Origin: Podarcis vaucheri
Taxonomy: Eukaryota
Length of the DNA stretch: 64,000 bases
Reading direction: 5' to 3' (one strand)
NCBI GenBank assembly: GCA_965113315.1
Contig: OZ220363.1
Below the pieces are notes generated by a model. That model was not told the DNA's origin. It searched no databases and saw only the letters and a list, made by a program, of their open reading frames with translations. The position numbers were made by a program, and so were the translations under genes. Shown here in pieces: positions 50,436-63,333 of the stretch. The first letter of the stretch is position 1, and the number at the start of each line of letters is the position of its first letter.

Positions 50436-50984
50436 CCGATGTCTTACTCATGTCCATTAGGTTGTAACCTAGGGAGTTAATACATTTTAACACCCTTTAC
50501 AAAATCTTTGCACACTTTGTATATCTCTTTGACTTAACAACCAGTAAGCCTCCATGAAGGTGTGGAGTTTCCATCTGTTCTATAGCGCAAGTAGCCCACC
50601 TTTCATTTGGAAACACCAACTATTGTGAAATATAACTGGTGATTTAATATCCATGCGGCATTTGTCTTTCTTTCTTACAAAGCAAACTGAAAATTGTTGG
50701 TTAATGCCAATGATCAAGTAGACAAGAAAATATCTTCACCCCATGTGCAGTTCTCATGCTTTAAAAATTCTATTACCATGTCCTTGGTTAGAGTAAACTA
50801 CATTAAGCAAAAGGCAGTGAACAGCTGGTCATCACGCTTATACATATTGTATAATCATCTGTTTTTCGGTATCCTGAATGCTTCTTTGTGTTTTATCAGA
50901 GTACTGTAAGTTAATTTAATACGTGACAGGGATTTTGATGAGTTTTCCAATAGCAGTAAAAATTCATTTCCAAGGGCATAGCAT

Positions 50985-51172
50985 GTTAGTCCATCATAAC
51001 AAAAATAACAAATATCAAAGAGCCTTGCGGCTCCTTAAAGAGTAATAAATTTGTTATGGTATAAGTTTTCATGGACTCAAGCCCACTGCACATCTAATGA
51101 AGTGGATTGTGATCCAAAAGGTTTATGCTATAATAGGTGTGTTAATCTTCAATGTGTCACAAGGCTCTTAGT
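50985..51172. mobile_element. Penelope-like inverted remnant
   Basis: aagagccttgcggctccttaaagagtaataaattt...gttaatcttcaatgtgtcacaaggctctt shows inverted symmetry. Confidence 0.45.
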
Positions 51173-51227
51173 TACAGACTGATTTAACAGTATTAATTAG
51201 TTGTGCACTCTTTTTTTAAAAAAAATA

Positions 51228-51396
51228 CCGTATTTTTCCATGTATAAAACGCCCTCATGTATAAGACGCCCCCTATTCTTGGGGACTCCAAATTAAGAAA
51301 ATACCCCGCAGCAATACCCGTGTATAAGACGAACCCCAATTTTAAACCTATTTTTTTGGTTAAAAAACTGAGTCTTATACATAGAAAAATATTTGG
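51228..51396. mobile_element. Short Tc2-like MITE
   Basis: ta|CCGTATTTTTCCATGTATAA...TTATACATAGAAAAATAT; repeated tataagacg; TIR related to the element at 1926. Confidence 0.7.
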
Positions 51397-51699
51397 TGCT
51401 TAAGTTGTCATTAGACTCTCACAGCACTGCAGCAATGAAAACGTAAGTCATGGGGCTGTGCCAACATGTGGCAGGAAAGACTCTGGCCCCCTTTTTCTTT
51501 CTTGGGCAGGAAGAGGGTTATTGGAAAGTGGGAGATATCGACACCAGTCCCTTGTCATAGCTGAATCACTTCCTGCTGAGTTTTAAGCTTTCAGCACCTT
51601 TTCCTCTCTGAAGATGAGGGACCTATTAGGATGATCTGCCCTTAGATTATGATGGATTCAATTGGCTTCCAGGTGGCTGGCAGGGAGTTAGAGCCGATA

Positions 51700-52613
51700 T
51701 GACTGGCACTCCTGTTGAAGCTCTGGCAGATTTGTGAAATATGCAAATAGCACAAGACATTGACCTGGTAGTTCCTGAGCTTGCTCTGCCACTTTTTGGA
51801 GCCCACTTGACGCCTTGCTATACACCAGAGCTTTGGGCAATGAAACACACCAGGAAATGACTTGAACACAGATGAATGGCGAGTGCTCATTATCAAGCCT
51901 AAGTGGGCAGTAAAGGCAGCAAGGGAGACCTATTTTTCTGCCTCCATTGCAACCGCATTGTGCTGCCCCTCAGAGCTTTCCCAGGTAGTTTGGGGCCTTT
52001 TACAGTCTGGCCCAAATGAGATGGTGGAACTGATAGTAGCTTGCTGAAACTTGCAAAGCATTTTGAGGATAAAATTGCTTGCCTCTGCCAGGACCTTGTC
52101 TCTACCGTTACAGCATCAAAAGATGTCCAGAGCACTGTCTAGGCATGTTGTGTTTTAGTTAATAAGGCTTGAGGACATCTGGAAGGTGTCTGATTCAGTC
52201 TAGGTAACCACTTGCACACTTGAACCTCACTGCTTATAAAAACAAGCTTCTGGGCCAGGGAGGTGATTAACAACTCCTGGTGAAAGGGGATGTTCCCTGC
52301 CTGCTCAAGGAGACAGTGGTAAGACCACCCCTTTAAAAAACAAAACAAAACAAAAACTTCCATGGATCCACAGAATTCAATCGTATCCCCCATGCTGTTT
52401 AACATCTACAACCTCTCTATGGAATGGCACACAACCCTTGAGCTTGAGCTTACTGAAAACGTATTTCTGCTCCTAGGTTGTTACTTAATTCCAGAGGGTT
52501 ATTAATCCTGCCCGGGGTTATCATTTCAATGCGTTGTGTACCTACTTTAAATTTTGTTGCACACCACCTAGAAACTCGTTGTGAAAGGCAGGATAAAAAG
52601 GTTTAAATAAATA
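51700..52613 (+). mobile_element. Degenerate L2 LINE fragments (mid-ORF2 and AAAT tail)
   Basis: gcagtaaaggcagcaagggagacctatttttctgcctccattgc; tttgaggataaaattgct; tail ending aaataaataa; boundaries approximate. Confidence 0.5.
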
Positions 52614-52783
52614 AGACTTTGTAGTCAGCTGTATAAGAGCAGGAAGGCTCATATCAGTATGGCTATTATGTTGCTAGGAGAACATAAAGGGGAAAACTGC
52701 CCAGAGAAAGCAGATTCCCCCCCCCCGCCGCCCTTTATCATCTCACACTTTGATAAGTGCTAAAAATAACCACAAGTACTCAC

Positions 52784-52875
52784 ATGTATTCTCTGTGCGC
52801 TGAATGTACTGCAGCTGCATTGCTGTAGCGCCACAGAACTATCACCGACGACAACACATCCAAAGTGGCATCAAA
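52784..52875 (-). CDS. TMEM163: TMEM163 coding exon (FDATLDVLSSVIVLWRYSNAAAVHSAHREY[I]); D-x3-D metal-site helix
   Basis: Read by hand; acceptor cttttccag|TTT, donor AT|gtgagt; 92 nt. Confidence 0.95.
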
Positions 52876-53049
52876 CTGGAAAAGATACAGAAGCCATTAA
52901 GGCAAGCCATGCTTAAATCAATACACTGCTAACTGTGCCACAAGCCTGTAGACTAACTTAGTATAAATCATTTGAATAAAAGCAGGGAGAAGCACAGATT
53001 AGGGCAAGCTCATCCTTTGTGCCGCAAACAAAAGACATGACAGACTTTC

Positions 53050-53224
53050 AGCTGCATGCACATCACACGTTTAAAGCCCTCTTAAAGAACATTCCCCTGC
53101 CCCAAGAATCCTGGGAAACGTGGTTTTCACTCCCAGAGAAACAATTCCCAGAACTCTTAAACTACAGTTACCAGGATTCTTGGGAGGAGGGTTTGTGCTT
53201 TAAATGGGTAGTGTGCATGCAGCC
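53050..53224. mobile_element. Palindromic MITE (PIF/Harbinger-like)
   Basis: gctgcatgcaca...tgtgcatgcagc termini; ccaagaatcctgg / ccaggattcttgg internal inverted pair. Confidence 0.65.
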
Positions 53225-53581
53225 TTTATTGTGTCAGTCAAGAAAGTGAAAGGAACTTATTCAGTTCTTCCCTACCAGTTTACTACAAGATACCCCTACC
53301 ACAAAACAAGTTGTTAAATGCATACTGATCTTTCTACATCCTGCTTGACAAGCATGATGATATTTATGTAGAGAGGACCAGGAATGTGAATGTAGACTTC
53401 TTATTAATTTGGCTACAATTTGAGCATCCACAAGAGGATAGTTTATGGGTAGGGTGCATATGGATACCAAACATGGTGGAAGCGTTTGCATCCAGAATGA
53501 GAGGCAGCTTGTCTCTGAACATCAGTTACTGGAAAGAAGAGGAGGGGGCTGCTTTGCCCATGGTCCTACTTGTGGAGAACA

Positions 53582-54253
53582 CTCCCAATCGAGTGTTAAA
53601 ACAATACAGCATTAAATATTAAAAACTTCCCTAAACAGGACAGCCTTCAGATGTCTTTTAAAAATAGGATAGCTGCTTATTTCCTTGACATCTGATGGGA
53701 GGGCGTTCCACAGAACAGGCGCCACTACCAAGAAGGCCCTCTGTCTGGTTCCCTGTAACCTCACTTCTCACAATGAGGGAACTGCCAGAAGGGCCTTAGT
53801 GCTGGATCTCAGTGTCCGGGCTGAACGATGGGGGTGGAGATGCTTAGGGCTTTAAAGGTCAGAAGAACACTTTGAATTGTGCTTGGAAACATATTGGGAG
53901 GCAACGCAGATCTCTCAGGACCGGTGTTATATGGTCCCGGCGGCCACTCCCAGTCACCAGTCTAGCTACCGCATTCTGGATTAATTGCAGTTTCCAGATC
54001 GCCTTCAAAGGTAGCCCCACGTAGAGCACATTGTAGTAGTCCAAGCGGGAGATAACTAGAGCATGCACCACTCTGGCTAGACAATCCGCGGGTAGGTAGG
54101 GTCTCAGCCTGTGTACCAAATGGAGCTGGTAGACAGCCACCCTGGACCCAGAATTAACCCGCGCCTCCATGAACAGGTGTGAGTCCAAAGTGACTTCCAG
54201 GTTGCGCACCTGGTCCTTCAGGGGCACAGTTACCCCATTCAGGACCAGGGAGT
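53582..54253 (-). mobile_element. L2 LINE fragment with ORF2 C-terminal remnant
   Basis: ORF 53859-54272 reads HALVISRLDYYNVLYVGLP...LQLIQNAVARLVTG...RDHITPVLRDL...AQFKV, typical of the L2 post-RT region; 3' part matches 496-750. Confidence 0.88.
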
Positions 54254-54288
54254 TGTGCAATGTACATTTCAATTAAGAGACTACTTAC

Positions 54289-54332
54289 AGCAAATCCAAA
54301 TGATGAAGCACTGTACCTCATTACGGAGACAG
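54289..54332 (-). CDS. TMEM163: TMEM163 coding exon (VSVMRYSASSFGFA)
   Basis: Minus-strand acceptor cttttag|CT, donor GCT|gtaagt; 44 nt. Confidence 0.93.
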
Positions 54333-56829
54333 CTAAAAGAAAAAGTAAAAAAATACTCTTTTGATCTTTTTGTTCACTGAAGTGAGGAAAAGTTGCAGTT
54401 TGAAGAGAAGTAAACAAATAAAATATCACAATATATTCATTAGCAATGGTAGAGACTCCACCAAGCTTCTGTAAATCAAAGGAGGAACAATCTGTCACTT
54501 AGGAGAGGCACGTGAAAATCATTTTTAACATTTGAGGCTGAAACAGAAGCCAACTAAACATGCAGGTAACACCACCCAATTCTTTCTTTTCAAGAAGTAA
54601 GCAACTTCACAACAGAGCTTATTCAGAGCAAAGGTGCAACCCAAATAAGTTATCTGGAAATGCCACTGAGAAGTCTACAAAATCAAGCCAACACTACCAT
54701 TTCTTCTGGTTTCCCTCTCAAAATCAGATCTGAAATTAGATTAAAGTGGACCCAGATAAGCCAGCCTTATCAAAGAGACCCTAGATCTGGTTAGCTACCA
54801 CCTCATTCTAACAGCCCACTTGAGAAAGGAAAGATTTGAAACTGAACAACGGGGGCACACGTTCCCCCAAAAACTACTTAGTTTTTTAAAGGGGAAGGGG
54901 GACAGTTGACAGCAGTCTGGTTAGATTTATCTATGAAGAGCAAAAGTCTAAAGGTCAAGATCACTGGCTGGCCATTCAGCTCAAAGGACTTGATCCATAT
55001 TTTCAAGCTACAGGTACTGACTTCTCTAACCAATAGCCAAGAGGTTCAGGACACCTTAGATACAGAAACTGTATTCAAGGAATAGTACACTGGTCTGAAA
55101 TAATTTATCCAATGACTGTTTTACAAGCATGTCATTGTGAACTATGGAATAATCAGCATTAACAAATAATGGCTCAATAGCTATTAAAGCCAGATATTAT
55201 CCAAAATAGCTCAACTTACTGACACTGCACAGACAATGATGTGGGAAAATACAGCATGTACATTTTGATGCCATCACTACACATAGTGGTGCAGTTAGAG
55301 AGATTTCAGACTCATTATTTAAGGGTCTTACAGGGAGAGGCCTCTTTAGGTGACAGTATTAACTTACTTCAAAATATAACACACCTCTGCTGCATTTAGG
55401 GAGCTTCCTGTTGTACCCTCACAGCACCACTGATTGTATCAAGTAGACTTTGATCATTTCCAAATTGTGTTGGCTTTGTTCCAAGTTTTCTTCCACCTAC
55501 ATTCTAGCAATCACACCTCCACTTTGTTGCATGCGGTTGATCACTTTACCATGCAATTTTACAAGTACTACTATCAGGAAGAAGTTGTCTAGGAAATAAT
55601 AATTTTTAAAAAAAAACTCAGAAGAATTGTTAATATCAACTTTATCACTGGCATTTCCACAGTGGGACTGACCCAAAGGGAACATTTAATTTTCAACATT
55701 GCAACAAGAACAAGTTCTAATTACAACATTCCTGAGCAAAGTAGGGATAATTGAGGTTAATGGAATATTTATCATGCTTGCATCCCACCCATTCTTGACC
55801 ATAATAGGGACTATGCCAAAACACAGCATAAGCATTACACCACTTCAGAACATCAGACTGTGCAACATCTTTAGTCTATCTACAAACCTCTAACAACAGG
55901 CACCAAAGCAGCCAAAGCTATTTTGGACAAGTTTTATGTCCATTTCAACTCAAAGAAGAAAATGTGGTTTATGAGAAGGACTGCTTTTTTCAAAGATCTC
56001 AGAAACCTGAAGAAACCTGAACCATTTGTAAAGAGTCTCATACAAACAAGCTGAACATTCAGTTTACTGATAAAAAGGAGCACTAGGGAGAAAGAGTAGT
56101 GCTTGGGATTCTAGGCAAAGAGGTTTATTGAATAGTGGCGCTAATGGAGGACTTAACCTTTCACAAAGCCATGGAGATGGCGAGGCAATCCAAATTTATC
56201 AAAAACCCAGTTTTAGGGAGGGAAGACAGTTTTGCTCTACTCCCATAAAAACACGAGAAATAGGCATTTTGAAAAGGGCAAATTCACTCCTCGTGTCTCT
56301 GCGGAAACAGCACAAAAGCCAGTCCAGAAAAATCAGCACAGCGATTTTAAAAGCACTCTACAGTACAGCAGAAGGACCACCCTTTCAGATCACATATGCA
56401 AGGGATGGAAAAGTCCACAACATTGGAGGGTTAGTTCAAATAGAGGAACACAGCACCACCACTGTTCAGAAACAGAGCATTTTGCCTGTGTGTGGTACAA
56501 GAAGTGACCACAGCAATGGATGACAAATATGGTAAAGGCACTGGTTCTCCCAACAACGACTCATTTTAAAATAGAATAAGGAAACAGTAACTCCGGTTTG
56601 TTCAAGGGACAACTGCACATGATGACTTCTGCATTTTCCGCAGGTAGACAGTTTCTCATGAATAGCTCAAGCCAGATAGTATAAGGCAGTAGCCACTGCA
56701 TATAGTCCAGGGAATGCCCTCTTTTGGATGCTTTGCAACAGAAACTTTAGAAAGAAAGAGTTTGTATTAACTGTGTATGCAGTATGAAGCTGCTAAGAAG
56801 GATAATCATTTAGTTTCTGGGTTCAGATT

Positions 56830-57095
56830 AAACTGCTGGTTTGGGCCTATAGAGCTTTATGCAGCTCAGGACCCCAACACTTCAGGGGGAAATCTTTGTC
56901 CATATAAACCTACCTGGATCCTGCATTCATTAGAGACCCTTCTCAGAGTGCCCCCTCCAAGGGATGTGCAGAAGGTCACATTGTGAGAAACACGACGTGT
57001 GGAATGCTCTCCCTAGGGAAGCACACCTGGTACTATCACTGCTGGCTTTAAGATGCCAGGCTAAGGCATTTTAGTTTATCCAGCCTTTGGGTTGA
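56830..57095 (+). mobile_element. Old L2 LINE fragment (ORF2 end)
   Basis: gtggaatgctctccctagggaagcacacctgg...gccaggctaaggcatttt...tttatccagccttt resembles the WN.LP...LF..AF end of L2 ORF2. Confidence 0.5.
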
Positions 57096-57777
57096 TTTAA
57101 TTGGGATCATACTATAATAAGATCTCTGGCCTGTTTGCTACCTTTTAGTTCAGTAGAGTAGGTTTTGTCCTTTTAAAAATATTGCTGGATGAGCACTTTA
57201 CAGATTTTATCACACATCTCATGATATCACAAGGAATTGCCTAAAGAACTGCAGGAACAGCAGCAGGAATTGCCAAAAGGCAAAACACATGACTGTGACG
57301 ATCATGCCATTTCATCATGCGCCTACCCTATTACATATAAGGTGGTGAAATGGAGACTAATTTTCATATCAATAGTACAGCTTTGTGGTATCAGGATTTC
57401 TGTGATAGGATTTCCCTGTGTTTTTAAAAGGGCAAATGACTGTGCAGGGGGAATTACAATTTGAATCAGGGAGATCTGATCTGATGTTACAATTGGGCTA
57501 CACTCCCCCACCCCTAGACTCAATACAGCTTTTTCAAAAAGAACTGTCTCTTCATAAACAGAATAATGAAACAACCAGAAACTAAAAATAGAGGCAGAAT
57601 AGAGAAACAACTCCATCACTTTCTTTAATTAAGGAAGCTGTACAGAATGTATTTAAAAGGATGAGCCAGATTTGGTTCAATGTTTTTTTAAAGTTATCCT
57701 GCAGCTGACTAGAGTTCATCTGTCAACACTCTAGTAGGGTAGCAATGTCCTATCACATGTTTTGTATTACTAGAAAC

Positions 57778-58103
57778 TGGCTACATTCTGATGCAACATT
57801 AAGACCTTGGTTGAAAATAAGCTATAGTTTAACGCATTCAAGAGATTTGCTCTTCCCAACTCCCAACACGACCATGGAGGAGAGGAAACAACCCCAAAAC
57901 AAGCCACCGTCTGGCTTGTCATGATATGTGAACCTGGTTTGTGGTTTGTTTCCTCCAAACAAACCACAAGCATAAACCTTGGCTTACAACTCGCAGTTTG
58001 TCTGGAGGAAACAAACGATAAGATTTTGACTTGTGTCTTGTTCTATGTGGCACAGTTAGGGGCAGGGAAGGAACTATGGTTTAACATCCTGTGCAAACCA
58101 GGC
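57778..58103. mobile_element. Palindromic MITE (Harbinger-like)
   Basis: gtttgtttcctccaaacaaacc pairs with gtttgtctggaggaaacaaac; symmetric flanks. Confidence 0.55.
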
Positions 58104-60885
58104 CACAAGTTAAAGGAGGAGATTCACCACTGCTGCTGAAAACCAGAATTCCTCAGCTGCTGTAATGTCTAGTCACAGCTTGTGGAAAAACCTAAACAGG
58201 TGATCCAAATGTCCAGTGAGACATAGTAAGTCACAGTAAGACCATACCTTCTGCAAGCTAAACACGAAATGCTTTGGAATATAGAGTGTGTCTACTAAAA
58301 CCCACTTCAAAATCAAAGTCTGTTTTCACCTGCAGTTGTCAGAGGTTAAGGATAATTTATTTATACTACCTATCAATCTACAAAACAGACAAGTTGCTCC
58401 ATTCCCAAGACATGCCTAAAAATGTATTCATCCAGCCATTTATCAGAGGGATCAGCATTGCAATATTGAGGTCATGGGGAAAGAAAATAGGTTTAAAAAT
58501 ATGTAACAGAGTAGTTGCTTAATTGTTTATATAAAAACTGCTGCTGTTGTTTTTTTCAAAGCTAGATTGACATACTTTTTATAGCCAACACAGTTTTTTA
58601 TAAATATTTAAAAGGTCTACTTCAGATTTGTGATGCAAGCAGTGCACTTTAAAGAAATGAATTGATTTTTCTCATGGCTCCATTATCATTCAATACTATT
58701 TACAAGCATTTCTTTTTCATGTTCTGTGGTATTATATAAATTTAAACCCAGGACTGTGTGTGTTCCCTGCTCCATATGGGATATGTGCTTGGATATATTT
58801 TGACAGCCTTAAAAATCTCATTTTTTGTAATTGCAGCAGTCTGTTATCTTGTTTACCTATGAAGAATGGAATGCAGATATTGCATCGTTAAACAGTCTCA
58901 GTTATTTCAGAACCTCTTCCCTCCCCCTTTTCAGAAGAAAATAGAAATAAAGATTTCTAGTGTACTATTTCCTAGGTGAGAACCACTAAATGTTGCTTCC
59001 ACATGAGAGTGCCCCACACACTGGTTGTAACATAAAAACTTCTTTTCACGTGGTTCAAACACATTGTGTGCAGATTCTCTAACCCAGTACTAGAGAAAAT
59101 AAGGCTCTGCAGAAAGTGACTTTCAAGTACAATAATTTATGCACAATGGCTCTTGAGCAGCCTTCATAATGGAGCCTACTGAAATAAGCAAACCCTAAAA
59201 GTGAGTTGACAGATGGTAACAAAAAACATCACAACACAAAACGAACACCAACAACAAACACCTGATTCTTTCAGTCAGGCCACATCACATTGTCTCTGGC
59301 ACAACGTCTACAACAAGAAGGTGGTACAAAACTGAGAATTCAGTTCTAAAACTTGTGCCCAGCGTATGGCCAGATTAAATTTGCCATTGCCATTTCCCTC
59401 ATGAAGATGTAAATGGCGAAGGCTCAGAATACAGAAATGCTATGAAACCGAGATGCACTGACCATATTACAGTAGTTTCAGCACCAGACAGGTCTCTCCT
59501 GCTTCCCCATTAGTTTAATTGAGTGCAATCTAGTCCCTTTATACTTTCCTGTATTTTAGCCTCAGCACATTCCTTCAAACAAAAACCACCATTTATGAAA
59601 GTCTATGTTTTCAAATTAGAGTCTCTAGCCAGTAATTTAAAATAAATAAAAATCAGCATAAAAAAAATAGCAAATGGATTTCTATCCTGCTTCTCTTCTT
59701 GGAAAAGTCCAAGTCAGCTACGAAACAAAACAGAAAAATCCCCCCCCCCATTTTTAAAAGAACAAAACTTTGAAACACAGAACTAAGTCAAGGTGCCAGA
59801 TCATCAATAACGCTGGACATACAATATGTCAAGCAAATGGAATGCCTTCCAGAATTTAAAAGAAGCATTGAAGAGATAAAATTATAGCAATGAGGAAACC
59901 AGATGGATGTCTGAGGGCAGAGACCACATCCCAGCCAAATGTACCTTAGACAGAAGACATGCACAGGAAAGAGAAGGATAATATGGGTCAATTTGGGAGT
60001 GCCGGGATGACACATTTTAAACAAGAAGTTAGTTGCTGTTCTTATGAGAAAACAGCAAGTTTCCCTCATAAAAAGACACAGGTCTGACAAGCTCATGCAA
60101 ATACTTCCCCAGCCTATCCCAACTTGCCTTTATCAGTCAGTAGCAAGCATCACATGACACTTCTCTTAGACGCAAGCATGGGCCAATGTTCTTGAGGTGC
60201 AATTGATTCAAAGCAAGTACAAACAACCTGGTACCATTGACATCTTACAAAGAAGCCCCTTTTTATCTGCCAAGTAGGCCTGGGTGCAATTTTATCAAAG
60301 TAATTTAAAAAAACCACAACACAACAAATGAACTGCGTCTCAGAGTTGGATAGCCTAAACTGTAGCAAGCCATTCTTGACCCATAACTATTCTATGGGTG
60401 GGACACCATTGATTCAATGGTAGTCAAAAAGAACCTGGCTTTTTCAGAAAACACACACAGCTAGCATACATCATAGAGTGTGACAGACATCTACATTTCT
60501 ATACAAAGCATTTTAATCATACTTTCCCCTTAACAAATATGTTTTTGTTTGTATCCTTGATTCTACCACCTCACTGCCTAAAAATGGGCTTTCTAACATG
60601 TCCTATCTAATTCAGCACAATTTTTCTTGCAAGTTTCATCCTGCTCTGCAGTAAACCAAGGTGCTTGATTTAAAAGTCAATAGTGAAGGCCAGCTTCCTA
60701 TTCTGGCAGAGAGAATCACCATCAGTCAAATAATTCCCCAAGAGAATTCTGGGAAATCGACCGGATACACAAGTTAGAGATTGACAAACCTGCAGGGTCC
60801 AACAATTTTGCTGCAGTCCAATGGTTGGTCGTATTACAAAGGAAGTGATGATTCAGTACAATGCAGCATTTTGTATTTAAACTGT

Positions 60886-61035
60886 TAGGCAGCTGGAATA
60901 GCTCAGTCAACAGAGAATGAGACTCTCAGGATCGTAGATTTGAGTCTAATGTTGGGTAGAAGATTCCTGAATTGGAGGGAGTTGGACTAGATGACCCTGG
61001 GGTTCCTTCCAACTCTACAATCCTATGATGCTATG
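60886..61035 (+). mobile_element. Short SINE with tRNA-like head and CR1-derived tail (Squam2-like), decayed
   Basis: atagctcagtc A-box-like head; ttggactagatgaccc...ccttccaactctacaatcctatgatgctatg CR1 tail. Confidence 0.7.
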
Positions 61036-63080
61036 TTGCACAATGAAATAACCAATATCATGCTTACAACAAGGTTGTATCTTGCAGGAATGAAGTACAA
61101 GCTAAATATACAGCTAAATGCATGAAATATGCACTTTGGTACCAAGGACAGCAACACTGGCACAGGCAAATAAACAATAGCAGCAGTACGCTAACCTAGA
61201 AGAAAGTTAATTTCAGAGAATCTCCTTGACCTTTCAGCTGCATGTCAATCCTCACTGCATTGTGAAGCTGTGAATAAGTAAATGTTTCATGTCCATCTCT
61301 CTAGCACAGTAGGTCTCATTACCACAGAAAAGCTTTGTCAATAGAACACATACATATCTGGCAAGGCACAGAGCCAGGCATACTTCCAAATTTCTATGCA
61401 AAGTATCTTAATTACACTGTCTCTTAATATAGTGTCGTTTATATCCTGTGATCAGCAGCATGTGCCCTTCTGACCAGATTAATCAAATCCCTCTATTCTG
61501 GGCTGTTTCACAGGGTTTCACTCTCCTTAGAACAGATTTTATTTATTCATTGATTTTCATCACACTTCCTCTTAATGACAGAGGTGGCGTACAAATTTTA
61601 ACAAAAGTAAGAAAAGCCATGATGTGTCATAACAAATATGTACTGCAACAGATCAAACAGGCACAGTTAATTACTATTCAACCCCTAAACTAATTTAAAT
61701 AAAAGGCCTTACACTTCTCTAAAAGTGAAGGATCAGGTCCACTGGCACATATTTACAGATGCTTCCTCAGGGCTGGAACTGATAAAACCCTATTCCTGGG
61801 ATAGTTGGATTTCACAGTCCTATAATGGAGACTGTCACTCAAGTCATGTATCCATAGCAGTGACTAAAGGAGAAATTACCTCTGGGAGGAGTGCAGAGAC
61901 AAGAAGTGCCATGGTGCACCTGTAGCAGCAAAACCAGACTTCTTCATCTGTCCCAGCTGCAAAACGTGTCTTTCCCATATTGGTCTCTACAGCCACAGCA
62001 GGTGCTGTAACTCTCCAAAGGTTTGACTTCACCCATGTAGGCACACTCTTCCATTGTCTCCCAAAACAAACAGATGCCAACAATTAATCATGTTCATGTA
62101 ATCTGGTGCAGGTAACATCGGCTAACCATGCCTGACGACTGCAGTTTACATGCCTGACCACAAAATGCTATTTAGCCATCTAATCACTATGTTTAAAGTA
62201 GGCAGGCAATCATAAATCAGCCTTCATTTATTTGGTTCAATTGGATTAATGAGCTTCTTAGCCTGTAATCCATACCATGCAGTATTAAATTAAACTGAGG
62301 TGGGAGTAAGATCTGCCAGATTGGGTTTGGGTGTGTGTGTTTTTTAATTTAAAAAACACACCAAAAGCTTTTACCACACTGGGAAAACCAATTAGCATTA
62401 ATAATTCATTCATTCATTAGCACACTTTATGGATTATGTGCAGCTAAATTTTAGTTGAATATTCAAATTAGGGCTAGCCAAAGCCCTAAGATTTGGATAT
62501 TAGTATTTATGAATGCATAAAGGAAATGATAGATTGAACTTGTAGTAGTCTTATATAACTGAGTAATTCTAAATTCATATGTTTTGATGGGATATTTTAT
62601 TGGTTTTTCTTTTTCAAATAAGTTATCACAACAGAATGTTTTACAATTTTTCAAACTGAAATGTTAAAGCCAAACATTGAAATAGTACCCACAGCTCATA
62701 TCACAATACAGAAATCTGCATAATTAAATTCTATCATGCCATCAGGGCTACGCATGGTTTTAAGAAACAACCTGCCTCCCATTAAACATGCATCCTGTTT
62801 TGAAATTTGGAGAAATTTTAAAGCACTTTGCAATATGGCAATACAGAGCAGGGGGAGGTCACCATTCAAAGAAAAAGATCAAACAAAAAGTCATGATGGG
62901 CATGTGCTGGTAGTTAGACATGTTCCTAAAATCAGTCTGAAGTGCACATCTGTATGTATACATCTCTGGTGGTATTCAACTATGTTTTACTCAGAGTAAA
63001 CCTACTGAAATGAACAGCTCTAACTTAGGCTGTGTACATACACCCCATTTAAATTTGCATCCAGTGTACTCCCATCTTTA

Positions 63081-63333
63081 CAGTGGTGCCTCGCAAGACG
63101 AAAAGAATTCATTCCGCAAGTCTTTTCGTCTTGCGATGTTTTTCTTCTTGCGAAGCACGGTCCGTCGCAACTGCGCCTCTTCAAGCAGCTTTTTTAAAAA
63201 AGCGCAAGACGTTTTCGTCTTGCGAAGCAAGCCTATAGGGAAATTCGTCTAGCGAAGCAACGCAAAACCGAAAAACCCTTTCGTCTAGCGAGTTTTTCGT
63301 CATGCGAGGCATTTGTCTTGCGGGGCACCACTG
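63081..63333. mobile_element. Tc1/mariner (pogo/Tigger-like) MITE
   Basis: Same TIRs as 27931-28285; TA TSD. Confidence 0.85.

Larger units (their letters stand above)
26949..54332 (-). other. TMEM163: TMEM163 gene span (5'-partial): last six coding exons, complement(join(26949..27009,27427..27568,34149..34260,42908..43004,52784..52875,54289..54332)); transmembrane protein 163, CDF/ZnT-like zinc transporter
   Basis: Exons of 44+92+97+112+142+61 nt splice in frame via GT-AG to ...VSVMRYSASSFGFAFDATLDVLSS...RQTRHYEMFE*. Tail-to-tail with MGAT5 as in mammals. The 5' exons lie beyond 64000. Confidence 0.96.

Noticed and set aside
51700-54253. Oppositely oriented L2 pieces flanking the 92-nt TMEM163 exon as a circRNA driver
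   Set aside because: The two fragments appear to cover different parts of L2 and share little complementary sequence.
55501-55588. Possible cryptic TMEM163 exon (ttcctag|...|gtaggt on -)
   Set aside because: 88 nt, frameshifting, poor polypyrimidine tract and no similarity to TMEM163.
56128-56523. 131-aa + strand ORF in a TMEM163 intron
   Set aside because: Non-ATG start, no recognisable domain or splice support; the length is compatible with chance.
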